The translations under genes and the position numbers were made by a program. This document shows positions 42,836 to 53,182 of a stretch of DNA of 64,000 bases, piece after piece. Every line of letters begins with the position of its first letter. The stretch's first letter is position 1. The notes under the pieces were generated by a model. That model made no database searches. It saw only the letters and a list, made by a program, of their open reading frames with translations, and was not told where the DNA came from. Source of the stretch: Bythopirellula sp. (lineage in GTDB: Bacteria; Planctomycetota; Planctomycetia; Pirellulales; Lacipirellulaceae); assembly GCA_965216565.1 (NCBI GenBank), contig OZ244170.1:992001-1056000 (forward strand), written 5' to 3'.

Positions 42836-43921
42836 CTAAGTGCTCAGCCAAAGCAGGAGCATCGAGTAAGAATTGAACACCATGTGGGCGGCAATGCAAG
42901 GCACGATTCGATGCGTCCGCTGATAGAGGTAGCCCAGCACAATTCCCAAGAGGATCAGCGGGATAGGCGCTACCCCGTGGCCGAAGTGGGCAAAACCGAA
43001 AAATATGGAACTGATTAAAATTGGCAGCCAACCGTGAGGCAGGACGTGCCACCAGCCTCGCGAGGGCCTCTCGGGGGAATCGAGAACTGCGACCGCATAT
43101 TCGGGCTCTACCAACGAAGGATCTTCAACTTGATCGCCGGCCCATTCGTGAATCTCGACTTCAACTTCGGCTGGTCGTTCTGTGGCTTGGAAATTTAGGC
43201 TTTGATCTTCAAGTTTTTCGAGCCACCCTTGGAGTAGAACGCGAAATGCGAACTCCTCGAAAATCGGAGCGGAGATGATGGCCGCGAAGGCCCCGGCGAA
43301 AAACATCATCGGCGTGCCTCCATTCTGGAATTGCTCGATCATCGGGTGCTGCTTCTCGGTTTGGACCAAGTGAAAGAGCACGATGTTCAAAAGCAGCACG
43401 GGCAACAGGGCTGCGAAACAGGCCGTCACCCCACGCACCACATCGAGCGCAAACTGCTCCATTGACTCGGGCCAACCAAAATCACAGGGGTCGATGTCCG
43501 GGTCCCAGAACATCCACATCAATGCCATTGCAACGAAGGTCAGCTGCAGCGCGGAAAAAATCAAGGCGCCGAGGACGAATTGCTCCGCGGAGATGACGTC
43601 TGCCGCTGGCTCTTCGTCTAAAAGCTCTTCGTCTTCGGAATCTGATTGTTCAACAGTCTCTTTGGTTTCGGTACCGGTTCCTTGTTCTACGAAAGCCTGG
43701 GTCAAACCAGATAGGACAAACAAGAGTGGAATGCACAACACCAACGGCCCCCAAGGCGCTCGGCGTCGAGGCTCGTAGACCAACAGAGGCGCGCCGCCAA
43801 CATGACGTTGGAAAAGGAAGAATCCCGCCAGCAGACTCAACCCCGCAGCCGCGCTCATGACAAACACGACAGGCCCGCTCAGAGCCAAGCCTTCTGCCGC
43901 AAGTTGTTGTTGCTCATTCAA
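42836..43921 (-). CDS. CPBP (CAAX/Abi) family intramembrane metalloprotease
   Basis: APIFEEFAFR, FGFAH and HMVFN motifs; multiple TM helices. Confidence 0.88.
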   Translation of the reverse strand: MNEQQQLAAEGLALSGPVVFVMSAAAGLSLLAGFFLFQRHVGGAPLLVYEPRRRAPWGPLVLCIPLLFVLSGLTQAFVEQGTGTETKETVEQSDSEDEELLDEEPAADVISAEQFVLGALIFSALQLTFVAMALMWMFWDPDIDPCDFGWPESMEQFALDVVRGVTACFAALLPVLLLNIVLFHLVQTEKQHPMIEQFQNGGTPMMFFAGAFAAIISAPIFEEFAFRVLLQGWLEKLEDQSLNFQATERPAEVEVEIHEWAGDQVEDPSLVEPEYAVAVLDSPERPSRGWWHVLPHGWLPILISSIFFGFAHFGHGVAPIPLILLGIVLGYLYQRTHRIVPCIAAHMVFNSYSMLLLWLST

Positions 43922-43934
43922 AACGTAGAAACAC

Positions 43935-44570
43935 TCACTCTGGCTTACTCAGTTCCTGAAGTGCTGCCTGCACGTAGCCAATCGCAGAATAGAGAGTGAG
44001 CAACACCGAGCCCCAGACGACTACGCTGAGTCCCCATGTCATCCAATTCGGCGGCACCTGCTCCCAGGTGTGCGTCTGCTGATTGACATAGGTCAGGTGA
44101 ACAATGCTCCAACCGGCTGCTACGCACTGCAGCACCATCTTCCACTTGCCAATCCACTTGGCAGAGAAATCGCCACCCCCTTGTTCCACAAAGGTCCGCA
44201 GCGCGGTCACTAACAATTCGCGACCCACTACCACCACCGCCATCCAAGCCGCAATGCCCGAAGGCGATCCACCCGACTCCAGCGCTGGGACTGCGGCCAG
44301 CAAAATATAAACGCCGCAGATAAACAGCTTATCGGCAAACGGATCGAGCACCCGACCCAGCTTGGTGACTTGCCCATACTTGCGAGCCCAGTAGCCGTCC
44401 ATCCAATCGGTAGCAGCGGTGATGACGAACAGGACGAAACTAGTTTTATAAAAGCCCAAAATCAGACAAGCAAACAGCACCAAAGAAAGAAAAATCCGCG
44501 ACAACGTGAGCTTATTCGGCACGTTGAGCAATGTGGAACTAGCGGCGGTAGGGGGGGAAGTTTCTGGCAT
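43935..44570 (-). CDS. pgsA: CDP-diacylglycerol--glycerol-3-phosphate 3-phosphatidyltransferase
   Basis: NVPNKLT, DWMDGYWARKYGQVTKLGRVLDPFADK and GKWKMVLQ motifs. Confidence 0.92.
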   Translation of the reverse strand: MPETSPPTAASSTLLNVPNKLTLSRIFLSLVLFACLILGFYKTSFVLFVITAATDWMDGYWARKYGQVTKLGRVLDPFADKLFICGVYILLAAVPALESGGSPSGIAAWMAVVVVGRELLVTALRTFVEQGGGDFSAKWIGKWKMVLQCVAAGWSIVHLTYVNQQTHTWEQVPPNWMTWGLSVVVWGSVLLTLYSAIGYVQAALQELSKPE

Positions 44571-44705
44571 TGAGTAGATTGGAATCGAAGTCCTCTCCTA
44601 GCAATTCTCAATTCTACTACTCTCTCCCCCTGGTGGGGAGGGAACTTGTTTTCACAGATACTGGATGGCCAAAAAAACCTTGCGATTGGTCAGGCTAGAG
44701 CGCAG

Positions 44706-46091
44706 CTAACGCGCCACGCCACACGCAGCCCCGATCAGATCGTATCCTTGACTCCCCACAATTTCACAGGGTACCAACTCGCCCACGGCGAGTCCTTCCC
44801 CGGTTACATAGACTACGCCATCCACATCTGGGGCATCGGCAAAGCTGCGGCCGATCCAAGCCTGGTCTTCGCCGGGCACGGGGGCATCGATCAGCACGTC
44901 GAGCTGGCGGCCCACTTGCGCGTCGTTCCAGGCAAACGCGATCGATTGCTGCTCGGCCATCAGTCGCTCGCGGCGCGATTCCATCACCTCGTCGCTAACC
45001 GCCCCTGGCAATCGTGCCGCTGGGGTATCGGGTTCGTGAGAATAAGTGAACACACCGAGCCGTTCGAACTCGTGTTGGCGGACGAAGTCGACCATCTCGT
45101 CAAATTGCTCGTCGGTCTCACCTGGAAATCCGGTGATCATTGTCGTACGCATTACCAAGTTCGGAATGTTCTGGCGAAGCTTGGCCAAGAGCTCCTCGGT
45201 GTCGTGCCGATTGACTCGTCGTTGCATTCGTTTGAGCATCGTATCGTTGGCATGCTGTAGCGGCATATCGAGATACGGCAGGATCTTGTCGCTGCTGGCA
45301 ATCGCTTCGATCAAACGATCGTCGATATACATCGGATAGAAATACATCAAGCGAATCCAGTCCAGACCGTCCACTTTATTGAGCTCGGTGAGTAGTTCCG
45401 TCAGCCGCGGCTCGCCATACAAGTCCATGCCGTAGTAGGTGGTGTCTTGAGCAACGATTACCAATTCACGTACGCCGTCCGCGGCAAGTTCCTGCGCCTC
45501 GGCAATCACTTCTTCAATTGGCTTCGTGGCGTGCTTGCCGCGCATCTTGGGGATGGCGCAAAATGTGCAGAGGCGATCGCATCCCTCAGAGATTTTCAAA
45601 AAAGCAAAATGCTTCGGCGTAATTCGCAATCGGGCGGTGTCGGGTAAAGGATGCGTCGGGGCCGGTTGGAACACGGTCCGCTGTTCGTCGAGCCCACCGA
45701 CGAGCCGGTCGGCAACCTTCGTCACTTCTTCCCGGCCAAACACGCCCACGAGGTGGTCGATCTCCGGCCGCTCGACGAGCAGATCTTCTTTCTGTCGCTC
45801 CGCCAAACAGCCACTAACGATCACCCCTCGCAAATCACCGCGCTTCTTGAGATCGATCATCTCGTCAATCACGGAAAAAGATTCCTGCCGGGCTTGCTCG
45901 ATAAAGCCGCAAGTATTGACCACGGCAAAGTCGGCGCCTTGAGGATCGTCGACCAGTTCGTAACCGTCGAGCTGCAACATGCCAAGCATCCGCTCGCTGT
46001 CGACCAAATTCTTGGGACAGCCCAAACTAACAAAGGCATAGCGGCCTTTTACGTCGGTGGAATCTTTGGCAGGGGTGTAGGAGCCGGGCAC
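44706..46091 (-). CDS. rimO: Ribosomal protein S12 methylthiotransferase
   Basis: [29 protein letters not shown] radical-SAM motif, AQDTTYYG and DAPDVDG (TRAM domain). Confidence 0.95.
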   Translation of the reverse strand: MPGSYTPAKDSTDVKGRYAFVSLGCPKNLVDSERMLGMLQLDGYELVDDPQGADFAVVNTCGFIEQARQESFSVIDEMIDLKKRGDLRGVIVSGCLAERQKEDLLVERPEIDHLVGVFGREEVTKVADRLVGGLDEQRTVFQPAPTHPLPDTARLRITPKHFAFLKISEGCDRLCTFCAIPKMRGKHATKPIEEVIAEAQELAADGVRELVIVAQDTTYYGMDLYGEPRLTELLTELNKVDGLDWIRLMYFYPMYIDDRLIEAIASSDKILPYLDMPLQHANDTMLKRMQRRVNRHDTEELLAKLRQNIPNLVMRTTMITGFPGETDEQFDEMVDFVRQHEFERLGVFTYSHEPDTPAARLPGAVSDEVMESRRERLMAEQQSIAFAWNDAQVGRQLDVLIDAPVPGEDQAWIGRSFADAPDVDGVVYVTGEGLAVGELVPCEIVGSQGYDLIGAACGVAR

Positions 46092-46275
46092 AGGGTGTTC
46101 CTAAAGGGGCAGGTGGCGGAAGGTTAGCCCTGCAGTATAGCGGAATTGGAGAGGGTGAGATACGGGCGAGATCTGTGAACGCAGACGGCGTGGGGGAAGT
46201 TCGCCAGAAACGGCTAACTCGAATCACCGCCTCCAACTATGGCAAACGCTGCAGAACGATCTGGCGATAAAAGGC

Positions 46276-46314
46276 TTGCAATCCCACCACAATCAAATAA
46301 TATACGTATGTACA
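46276..46314 (+). promoter_or_regulatory. Sigma70-like promoter with overlapping imperfect palindrome
   Basis: TTGCAA-N16-TAATAT, overlapped by TATACGTATGTACA. Confidence 0.4.
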
Positions 46315-46336
46315 CTATATACCAGAGGGTGGAGCG

Positions 46337-47071
46337 ATGCTCACCGAAATTCCAGCCGAACAATTCGCCGCTGCTACTGAGACATGTGCCGCGCAAGCGC
46401 TTGCGGAAGTTGGTTGGTCGTTTCCGCCGGTCGATGCGCTGCAGCTTGCCGAGCGACTCCACTTGCAGCTAGCCACCGATACCACAATGGACGTGCGGGC
46501 ACGATTTGTGCGTCTGCCAACGGCGGGGCAGGGGACCATCTTTCTGGCTCAGGACAAGCGGCCCGAGCGGGTGCAGTGGGCGGTGGCTCACGAGGTCGGC
46601 GAGTTCCTGGCTCACCGCGTCGTGGAATTGCTGGGAGTTGATCTAGCAGAAATGCCAACCGCCGCTCGCGAACACATCGCCAATCGTTTGGCCAACTCGC
46701 TGCTGCTGCCACATCAGTGGTTTGCAAAGGATGGCCCGGCGACCGAGTGGGATCTATTTGAGCTAAAGACTCTCTACCGCACGGCCAGCCACGAACTCAT
46801 CGCGCGACGGATGCTGGAAATGTCTCCAGCGATTGTGATCTCCCTCTTCGATCAAGGTAAACTCGTGTGGCGCAAAAGCAATGTGATCAATAATCCGCCG
46901 TCACTTACCTCCGCCGAACGCGACACTTGGCAAGCAGCTTACGACTGCAATCACGCTTCGCGATTCGAGCAAGCGATCCTACCAGCCGGCATCCAAGACA
47001 TCCGCTGCTGGCCCGTTCACGAGCCAGATTGGCGAAGGGAGATTCTCAGGACAGAACTAGCCGATTGGTAA
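46337..47071 (+). CDS. ImmA/IrrE-like metallo-endopeptidase domain protein (HExxE variant)
   Basis: PPVDALQLA, ERVQWAVAHEVGE, EHIANRLANSLLLP and TASHELIARR motifs. Confidence 0.75.
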   Translation: MLTEIPAEQFAAATETCAAQALAEVGWSFPPVDALQLAERLHLQLATDTTMDVRARFVRLPTAGQGTIFLAQDKRPERVQWAVAHEVGEFLAHRVVELLGVDLAEMPTAAREHIANRLANSLLLPHQWFAKDGPATEWDLFELKTLYRTASHELIARRMLEMSPAIVISLFDQGKLVWRKSNVINNPPSLTSAERDTWQAAYDCNHASRFEQAILPAGIQDIRCWPVHEPDWRREILRTELADW

Positions 47072-47220
47072 AGCAAGAAGCAAGCCAAGAATCGCGATGT
47101 CGAGCATAGCCGCGATCCTACGGATCGCCGGTTTAATTTAACCTGTCGGCGTAGGCAATGTGAAAACAGGTGTTTTCGGAGGCAAGTTTCATTGAAACAG
47201 TCGATTTTGCCAAGACTGTG

Positions 47221-48435
47221 TCAATCGTCAAGGTTATCACGTTTCTCAGGCTCGGCTGGCCCGGCATCTTCTTTTTCCTTGTCACTCTCAGTTTCGCCAA
47301 TAGAACATCCACTGGCTCCGCCAAGAAAATCTATGTTGCGCATACAGCGTTTCGCATCTTCATCGTGTAGATGATAGTAGTGGCGAATCATCTCACTTTT
47401 TGAGTGCCCTAGCCATTTCATCACCATACGTTCTGGAACGGCCTTCATTAGCACAGGTCGAACAAAATAGTGCCTGAAGCTATGGAATCTGGCATCCGCA
47501 AAGGTTTTGAGTCCCTGTACTTTTGGGAATTGTGGTGCCAGAGGAGCGATCACATCGCTGACGAAGATTCCTCGAGCAGTCTTGTCATGAAGTTTTCCAC
47601 CCCTAGGACCTCGAAACACCGGACCTTTTTCCGTCCCCATATGTCGGAGCACTTGTAGAAGGTCTGGGTGGATAGGGAAAGATCGACTGCGGCCATTCTT
47701 GGTTTGCCGATTTTGGACCGAATCTGTTTCGATCTGCCCAGATTGATAGGTGAGCATCAGTTGTTCATCATCAAGGTCGAGATCTGACCAGGTGATTGTT
47801 GCCAACTCTGATATCCGCAATCCGGTGCAGGCTAGGGCTACGATAATATTTGCCAGCCAGCCGAGCTGTTCTTGTGCCTGGCAGAATACAACCATGGCTC
47901 GAATCTGGCACGATGTGTAGCAATAAGCCGACTGGCTTTCGACCTTACGCAGCTTTAAATGGACGGGCTCAACGCCCGACAAGTGATTCGCCTCCAAGAG
48001 CCACTTTTGCACACCAGCAATGGTGATGACGTCCTGTCGGATAGTGCTTCCGGCATTTTCCCCTTCAAAATGTTTTACGTAGTCCGTGAGAAACTTGTCG
48101 TTGACTCCATTCCAGGTTTCGACACCTCGCTGCTTGGCGAACGGCGAGAGCTTGTTCAAAACGGAACGATATCGCCGCTACGATGTTTTCTTAAGCCCCC
48201 CTGCTAACTGAGGCCGGGCAACGTGCTCACTAAATAACCTACCACCTTCCTCTAAGGTAACCAAGACAAGCTTCTCGGACTTATGAAGACTCTTGGCCAC
48301 GAGTCCTAGATCTTCGGCACAAACTCGATCAAGGTCTGGCAATTGCCTAAGGGCTTCGTCCCGGTCTCTTGTTCCGAGGGAATGGCGTCCGGCGCTAAGA
48401 GGGTTACTCCTACCGTCGTCGTACCAAACGCCCTT
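47221..48435 (-). pseudogene. Tyrosine recombinase/integrase pseudogene
   Basis: TGLRISEL, HSFRHY, WLGH and YYH motifs; in-frame TAG at 48178-48180 (KKTS*RRYRSVLNK); 5' end replaced by an IS3 remnant. Confidence 0.85.
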
Positions 48436-48612
48436 AGTTGGAGACTCGACTATAACCATCGCCGACCCCACAGTTCGTTGGATTACCAGACCCCGGCAGC
48501 ATTCGCAGCCCGCTGTTGTTCTGGAGTGAGGCCGTAGGCCGAACGGAAGAACAACAGCGGAAACCACCGCAACGCGCTCACTTAGGCTGGTACGAAACTT
48601 GGGAGGTTGTCA
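48436..48612 (+). mobile_element. IS3-family transposase 3' remnant with probable right end
   Basis: WRLDYNHRRPHSSLDYQTPAAFA (IS3 integrase-core C-terminus), then ...CTGGTACGAAACTTGGGAGGTTGTCA ending in CA. Confidence 0.8.
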
Positions 48613-49392
48613 GGCATGTCGGATAGATAATCAAGACGGGCTCTCGGCAATTGCAAAACACTTCCCAAGCATATGTTACAATTTGCAGCGAGATTTAGTA
48701 TTCCGATTTCGATGCGTATGCGGGCAGTTGCTGGTTCTTATCACGTGTCGCTTTAGGATGTGAAAACGCTACTAAGGTTTTAGTCACGCTCTCGGAAGAG
48801 GACGCACGACAATCCTTAATGGCGGTTTCTGCTGTTGTTCTCGGGAAATAGAGCGGTTTCTGTGAGTCTCATCCCGGTGGATTCACAGATGCGGGGCTGA
48901 GCAGGCCTTCTCTCGATTATCTTGAGGATCATTCTCGGGATGACTAATATCGACATTCCCTGAGCCTGCCTCTTGAGTGCAGGGATCTATATATCAAAGC
49001 CATTACTCGGCATAGGACAGATAAACAGGCGATGCGACCTCGGGTCTGTGAAACCCTTCGTGACCTCATCTACAACTAGCTCCTCGACGTAGGTCGATCA
49101 ACATTCTATTGTTGTCCAACAGTTCCAGACGATTTTGGTTTCATCGTATTCACGATAAGCCTTCTCACTTTCTCAAACAAGTATACGTCATCGAAATGAT
49201 ATCATTTGTTAGCCCCCGGCCGGCAATCCACCAGCTTAAGACGACAATAGGTGGAGGGAAGCTTGTTCAGTTTCCACCCGAGGTAAAATTCACCGCATAT
49301 AGTTTATGCAGCCTCCGGCATGCGGCAGTTGGATCTATCAACAGATTGGGTTGAAAGAAGAGAATTAGTTTGACAGAAATCACCGAAGCAAC

Positions 49393-49659
49393 TTACGACG
49401 ATTCGATCTTTGCCGAGAACTTTGACATTTCCCTAGAAGCTGATGTAGATTCATCCGGTCGACTATCGCACAAGTATCGATCGGGGACATAGAAATACTC
49501 GATCCACTCAAGCTCAGCATCACTCCAGAATTCCTCGTCTAGGCCGACAGGGCATCCGGCAGCCTCCCATTTTAGGTAGGCGATCTCTTGGACTTGGCTA
49601 CGCGCAATCTCAAGTTCTTCAGGAGTTAGAATCAAGTCTTCGAGCGATACGATGTCCAC
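49393..49659 (-). CDS. DUF2934 domain protein
   Basis: VQEIAYLKWEAAGCPVGLDEEFWSDAE motif. Confidence 0.8.
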   Translation of the reverse strand: MDIVSLEDLILTPEELEIARSQVQEIAYLKWEAAGCPVGLDEEFWSDAELEWIEYFYVPDRYLCDSRPDESTSASREMSKFSAKIESS

Positions 49660-49691
49660 GTCTGTTCCTCACAATCTCGAAACCTTACGCC

Positions 49692-50519
49692 TTATTGAGC
49701 TAGAAAAAGAGGTCTATCTGCGTGCTGCACGGTATGCAGCATTGTTTCCCCAAATATTCTTCGCAAGATTAGGTTCCTATTACTGTTTCCCATCACTATT
49801 AGGTCAGCGTTCCAGTCGTTGGCATACGGCAGCAAGCTTCGCTTTGCAGATGAAGGTTCGTAGTCGGAATCAACACTGAAGCCGTGGGACCGGAGATAAT
49901 TCACTGCATCGCCGAGGAGTGATCTGGCAGTCGCCTGGGAGTGCTCGAAGGTTACCACTCGCAAATTCGCATCTGGCCAGAGCCGTAACTGAGCAAAACG
50001 CTTCATCGCTTTTGCAGATTCCATCGATCCGCTGTAGGCAATTAGTACATTGTTAATTCTCCTATGCTTCGGCGAGACAGTTATCAATGGACGCACACCT
50101 GCCTGGACTAGCCGAATTAGTTCGGCTGGGGGTTCATCGACGACACCATGTTCAAACAGATGCCCAAGTCCGCAAACAATAAGATCATGATAACGAGCTG
50201 CATCAGACATGCATTGGTAAGGATCACCTTCTGGGTTATTGATCGAGTGTTCGATCGCTGCCCGGGTAGCGGAATTACCAAATTCCTTAGTGACTTCTAC
50301 GATAATCTTCTTGGCTTTAGCAATTCGGTGGGCCCTCAGGTCAGCAGCTGCCGAGCCACCACCTACCGGCACAGGTCCCGTGGCACCAATCCTTTCTCGA
50401 TCGAGTATGCATAGACCTGTTAGCGATGAACGCTGCGCTCGAGCAATGTCAATCGCCATTAGGGTGGCGGCTGAGGCGTATGTTTGATCACCAAGACCTA
50501 CAAGTATGCGACGAATCAT
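49692..50519 (-). CDS. Universal stress protein (tandem domain)
   Basis: RRILVGL, VLIAYSGSMESAKA and DLIVMG...IFGETM...RPLFL motifs. Confidence 0.88.
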   Translation of the reverse strand: MIRRILVGLGDQTYASAATLMAIDIARAQRSSLTGLCILDRERIGATGPVPVGGGSAAADLRAHRIAKAKKIIVEVTKEFGNSATRAAIEHSINNPEGDPYQCMSDAARYHDLIVCGLGHLFEHGVVDEPPAELIRLVQAGVRPLITVSPKHRRINNVLIAYSGSMESAKAMKRFAQLRLWPDANLRVVTFEHSQATARSLLGDAVNYLRSHGFSVDSDYEPSSAKRSLLPYANDWNADLIVMGNSNRNLILRRIFGETMLHTVQHADRPLFLAQ

Positions 50520-50985
50520 TCTTGTTCTCCTTTCGATCTTGCCAGCATGTTCCGCGATATTCTTTGAGCACGAGGACCGGACAATGGGCTAGACGAACAA
50601 CTTTCTCGGTAACCGAGCCTAACAGAAGACGCCTCATACCTGTCCGCCCATGGGAGGGGATTACGATGGCATCAGCCCCGATTTGTTTGGCAAATTCAGC
50701 GATTTCATTTCCTGGGTCTCCAAATTCCACATGGAATGATACTTCCCGAAACCTATCGGACCCCAGAGACTTCTGGTAGTACGCTTCTACATTCTTCCGT
50801 CTTTCATCTATTGGCTTCGCATCCCACATGGCAGCTGGAGAAGTGACTGCTAAATCCTGGTCAATGTGGACGACATGAACATCATGTGGTGTAGATGCCA
50901 ACTTGAGGGCCGTCTTAATCGCACCCGCCGAGGCCTTGCCAAAGTCGATCGGTACGAGCAGTTTCTTATCGGTAAACCAACTCAT
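50488..50985 (-). CDS. Universal stress protein
   Basis: LLVPIDF, GDP and IVIPSHGRTGMRRLLLGSVTEKVVRLAHCPVLV motifs. Confidence 0.93.
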   Translation of the reverse strand: MSWFTDKKLLVPIDFGKASAGAIKTALKLASTPHDVHVVHIDQDLAVTSPAAMWDAKPIDERRKNVEAYYQKSLGSDRFREVSFHVEFGDPGNEIAEFAKQIGADAIVIPSHGRTGMRRLLLGSVTEKVVRLAHCPVLVLKEYRGTCWQDRKENKNDSSHTCRSW

Positions 50986-51503
50986 TGTGGCGCACCTTTC
51001 AAAATAGAAGTGTGATGATCTGCGTCAACAATCGTCTGCAAAATATCCAGAGCGCTTACCACGCCTATTGGGCATGCACGTTCGTCCACAACGATTAGGC
51101 GATGAATGTTTTCTCCGCTGATGTATCTTGCAGCGTCGATCACTGATTGTTCGACCCCGATGGTTTGGACTGCAGAGCTCATGTGCCTTTCGACCCGGTC
51201 CTCTGGGACTACTTCAATCTGAAGCGATCCATAGGCACCTTCATGTGAGACTTCAACTTCATTGGCAACTGACGAATAGCCATCTCCCTGCGAGTTCCGA
51301 TAGCATCTCCTTATGATATCTGAGTTGCTCACGACACCCACGCATTTCCCCATCTCATCGATCACCGGGAGTCCGCTGATGTCGTGCTCTACCAGTAGTT
51401 TTTCGGCCTCTACGATCGTCGCATTCTTGGAAACCGACCAGATCTGCAGTGACATGATGTCTTTTACCTTGTACTCATGTAGTTTCTCGAAAGTGTCGTT
51501 CAT
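50982..51503 (-). CDS. CBS domain pair protein
   Basis: VKDIMS, ISGLPVID...GVVSNSDI, VERHMS and IHRLIVVD..GVVSALDI motifs; ATGA-coupled. Confidence 0.9.
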   Translation of the reverse strand: MNDTFEKLHEYKVKDIMSLQIWSVSKNATIVEAEKLLVEHDISGLPVIDEMGKCVGVVSNSDIIRRCYRNSQGDGYSSVANEVEVSHEGAYGSLQIEVVPEDRVERHMSSAVQTIGVEQSVIDAARYISGENIHRLIVVDERACPIGVVSALDILQTIVDADHHTSILKGAPQ

Positions 51504-51982
51504 CTTTCGGCCACACTTTCTGGTTGAGTACCTTCTGCCAGCAAGGGACTGGAGTTGGCCCGAACAGTAAGCACTGGGCAAGATGCTGTCCTGACAATCT
51601 CTTCGGCAACGCTTCCCAATAGAAGTTTACTAATGCCAGAGACTCCATGAGTGCCAATCACAATCAAATCAGCGTGTTTCCTCTGAGAAAACTTGACGAT
51701 TTCGTCCGCCGCTTCACCTCTAAGAAAGTGGTGCTCGAAGTTAACTCTTGCAGACTGAGGCTTGACTCTCTCCAGCTTTTCCAGTTGCTCCTGGGCAATT
51801 CGATCTATCTGTGGGAGGTAGCCATACCCCACATCTCCTAACACCAGCCCCGGAGTCTCATCATCCACATGCACGATCAGCAATCGGGCCTTCTCCACAG
51901 CAGCAAATGCCGTCGCGTATTGCAGAGCGGCTACACTGCACTGTGAGAAGTCTGTGGCATAGATGATCGTATCGATATTCAT
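51500..51982 (-). CDS. Universal stress protein
   Basis: IIYATDFS and DLIVIGTHGVSGISKLLLGSVAEEIVRTASCPVLTV motifs. Confidence 0.93.
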   Translation of the reverse strand: MNIDTIIYATDFSQCSVAALQYATAFAAVEKARLLIVHVDDETPGLVLGDVGYGYLPQIDRIAQEQLEKLERVKPQSARVNFEHHFLRGEAADEIVKFSQRKHADLIVIGTHGVSGISKLLLGSVAEEIVRTASCPVLTVRANSSPLLAEGTQPESVAER

Positions 51983-52012
51983 TGATCCGATTGGCTAGAG
52001 ATACCGTTCCTG

Positions 52013-52534
52013 CTAATGTTGACTGAACCTCGACATGGCTGGACTGATGGGGGTTTGATTCGACTTTTTCGATGTTTCTTTGCTGTCTCCATGCTTTATC
52101 GGCGACTTAACTGTGAGGACGGGGCATGAAGCCTTCCGCAAGACGCCTTCGGCGATACTACCCATCAGCATTCGCGATAGCCCTGTGCGACCATGAGTTC
52201 CCATAACGATTAAATCAACTTTTTCTCGTTCTGCAAACTCGACGATTTGAGATACAGCCGCTCCGGTTAGGTAGTGCCTTTGCACTCGAACACCCTCTCG
52301 TGTTGGTTTTATGTTTTCAAGCTGCTTTCGCATCACTTGCTCGAGTGAATCTGGAACATCTTCTGCGTAAGCAAAGCTACCATAGCCCCCAAGATAGGAC
52401 TGTGTGTCTTCGGCAGCATGTACGATAAATAAAGTTGCACCTGTTTCGGCCGCAAGAGCTGATGCATAGCCCAGAGCCGCGTTACTCGAGTGTGAAAAAT
52501 CTGTTGGGCATAGAATTGATTTAATTCTCATCAT
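52013..52534 (-). CDS. Universal stress protein
   Basis: ILCPTDFS and DLIVMGTHGRTGLSRMLMGSIAEGVLRKASCPVLTV motifs. Confidence 0.94.
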   Translation of the reverse strand: MMRIKSILCPTDFSHSSNAALGYASALAAETGATLFIVHAAEDTQSYLGGYGSFAYAEDVPDSLEQVMRKQLENIKPTREGVRVQRHYLTGAAVSQIVEFAEREKVDLIVMGTHGRTGLSRMLMGSIAEGVLRKASCPVLTVKSPIKHGDSKETSKKSNQTPISPAMSRFSQH

Positions 52535-52610
52535 AAGCTCCTTTTGATCTCATCAGAAAGCCTCGCTGCCGCGCTTTACCGTTGAACACGAGTGCAGCAA
52601 CTAAAACATC

Positions 52611-52626
52611 CGCAACTCGTGTGCCA
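52611..52626 (-). promoter_or_regulatory. Sigma54 -24/-12 promoter for the USP/CBS operon
   Basis: TGGCACACGAGTTGCG (GG-N10-GC). Confidence 0.8.
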
Positions 52627-52708
52627 TAGTGAAAGACGAACAAGACGAGTCTAGTTGCCGTGAGCATATTCCCTGGCAATAGGAACTGTGCCAGATGGGA
52701 GTGCCCAC

Positions 52709-52724
52709 TGAGCCCTAACGCACA
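52709..52724. promoter_or_regulatory. Candidate enhancer (UAS) palindrome
   Basis: TGAGCCCTAACGCACA, fitting TGTGCG-N4-CGCACA, between divergent sigma54 promoters. Confidence 0.5.
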
Positions 52725-52790
52725 CACCTGGAGAGGTAGTCACCAGCGACATGCTCCGGTTTTCCGAGAAGCTTCACTTGCTGAGTAGCT

Positions 52791-52806
52791 TGGCACGGAT
52801 CGTGCT
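52791..52806 (+). promoter_or_regulatory. Sigma54 -24/-12 promoter
   Basis: TGGCACGGATCGTGCT (GG-N10-GC). Confidence 0.7.
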
Positions 52807-52861
52807 GCCATGTGCGGCAGGTGTTTGTACAGCAAGTTTCAAACCGGAAAGGAGAATCGAC

Positions 52862-53077
52862 ATGGCTACCGTAGATTCTGGGCAACATTGCCGCATCGTC
52901 GGTAAATCGCCGGGCAAGTCGGCAGAGAATGGGCCTATCAGACAACGAAACTTCTTGATTGATGAGGACCTGCACGCCGGTTACCTAATTCCGGCGATTC
53001 TAACTGGAATCATACTGTTTGGATTGCTGTCGATGGTATTTAGCGTTTTGGCAATTCTGTTAACGGGGTCTCAGTAG
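52862..53077 (+). CDS. Small membrane protein (71 aa)
   Basis: AAAGGAG RBS, ATG at 52862, C-terminal hydrophobic helix. Confidence 0.65.
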   Translation: MATVDSGQHCRIVGKSPGKSAENGPIRQRNFLIDEDLHAGYLIPAILTGIILFGLLSMVFSVLAILLTGSQ

Positions 53078-53182
53078 GTCTACGTTGCGAAGCAACCTGC
53101 CAAAGGCATCACCTTCAGTTCACGTACATCACGCTTAGCGCTATGATCGCAGTCTCGGAAAACCTATCTAGCGCAGGCGAAT

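Noticed and set aside
47072..47220. tRNA or tmRNA integration site
   Set aside because: No cloverleaf, T-loop GTTCGA or CCA end is recognisable.
48436..48567. N-terminus of the 129-aa ORF 48178-48567 as part of the integrase
   Set aside because: It is the antisense reading of the IS3 remnant; integrase-like sequence begins near GVWY at about 48433.
48613..49392. Coding gene between the IS remnant and DUF2934
   Set aside because: Only short ORFs with no RBS or motifs; probably decayed sequence.
52673..52694. CTGGCA...TGCCAG as an additional sigma54 promoter
   Set aside because: No GC at the -12 position in either orientation.
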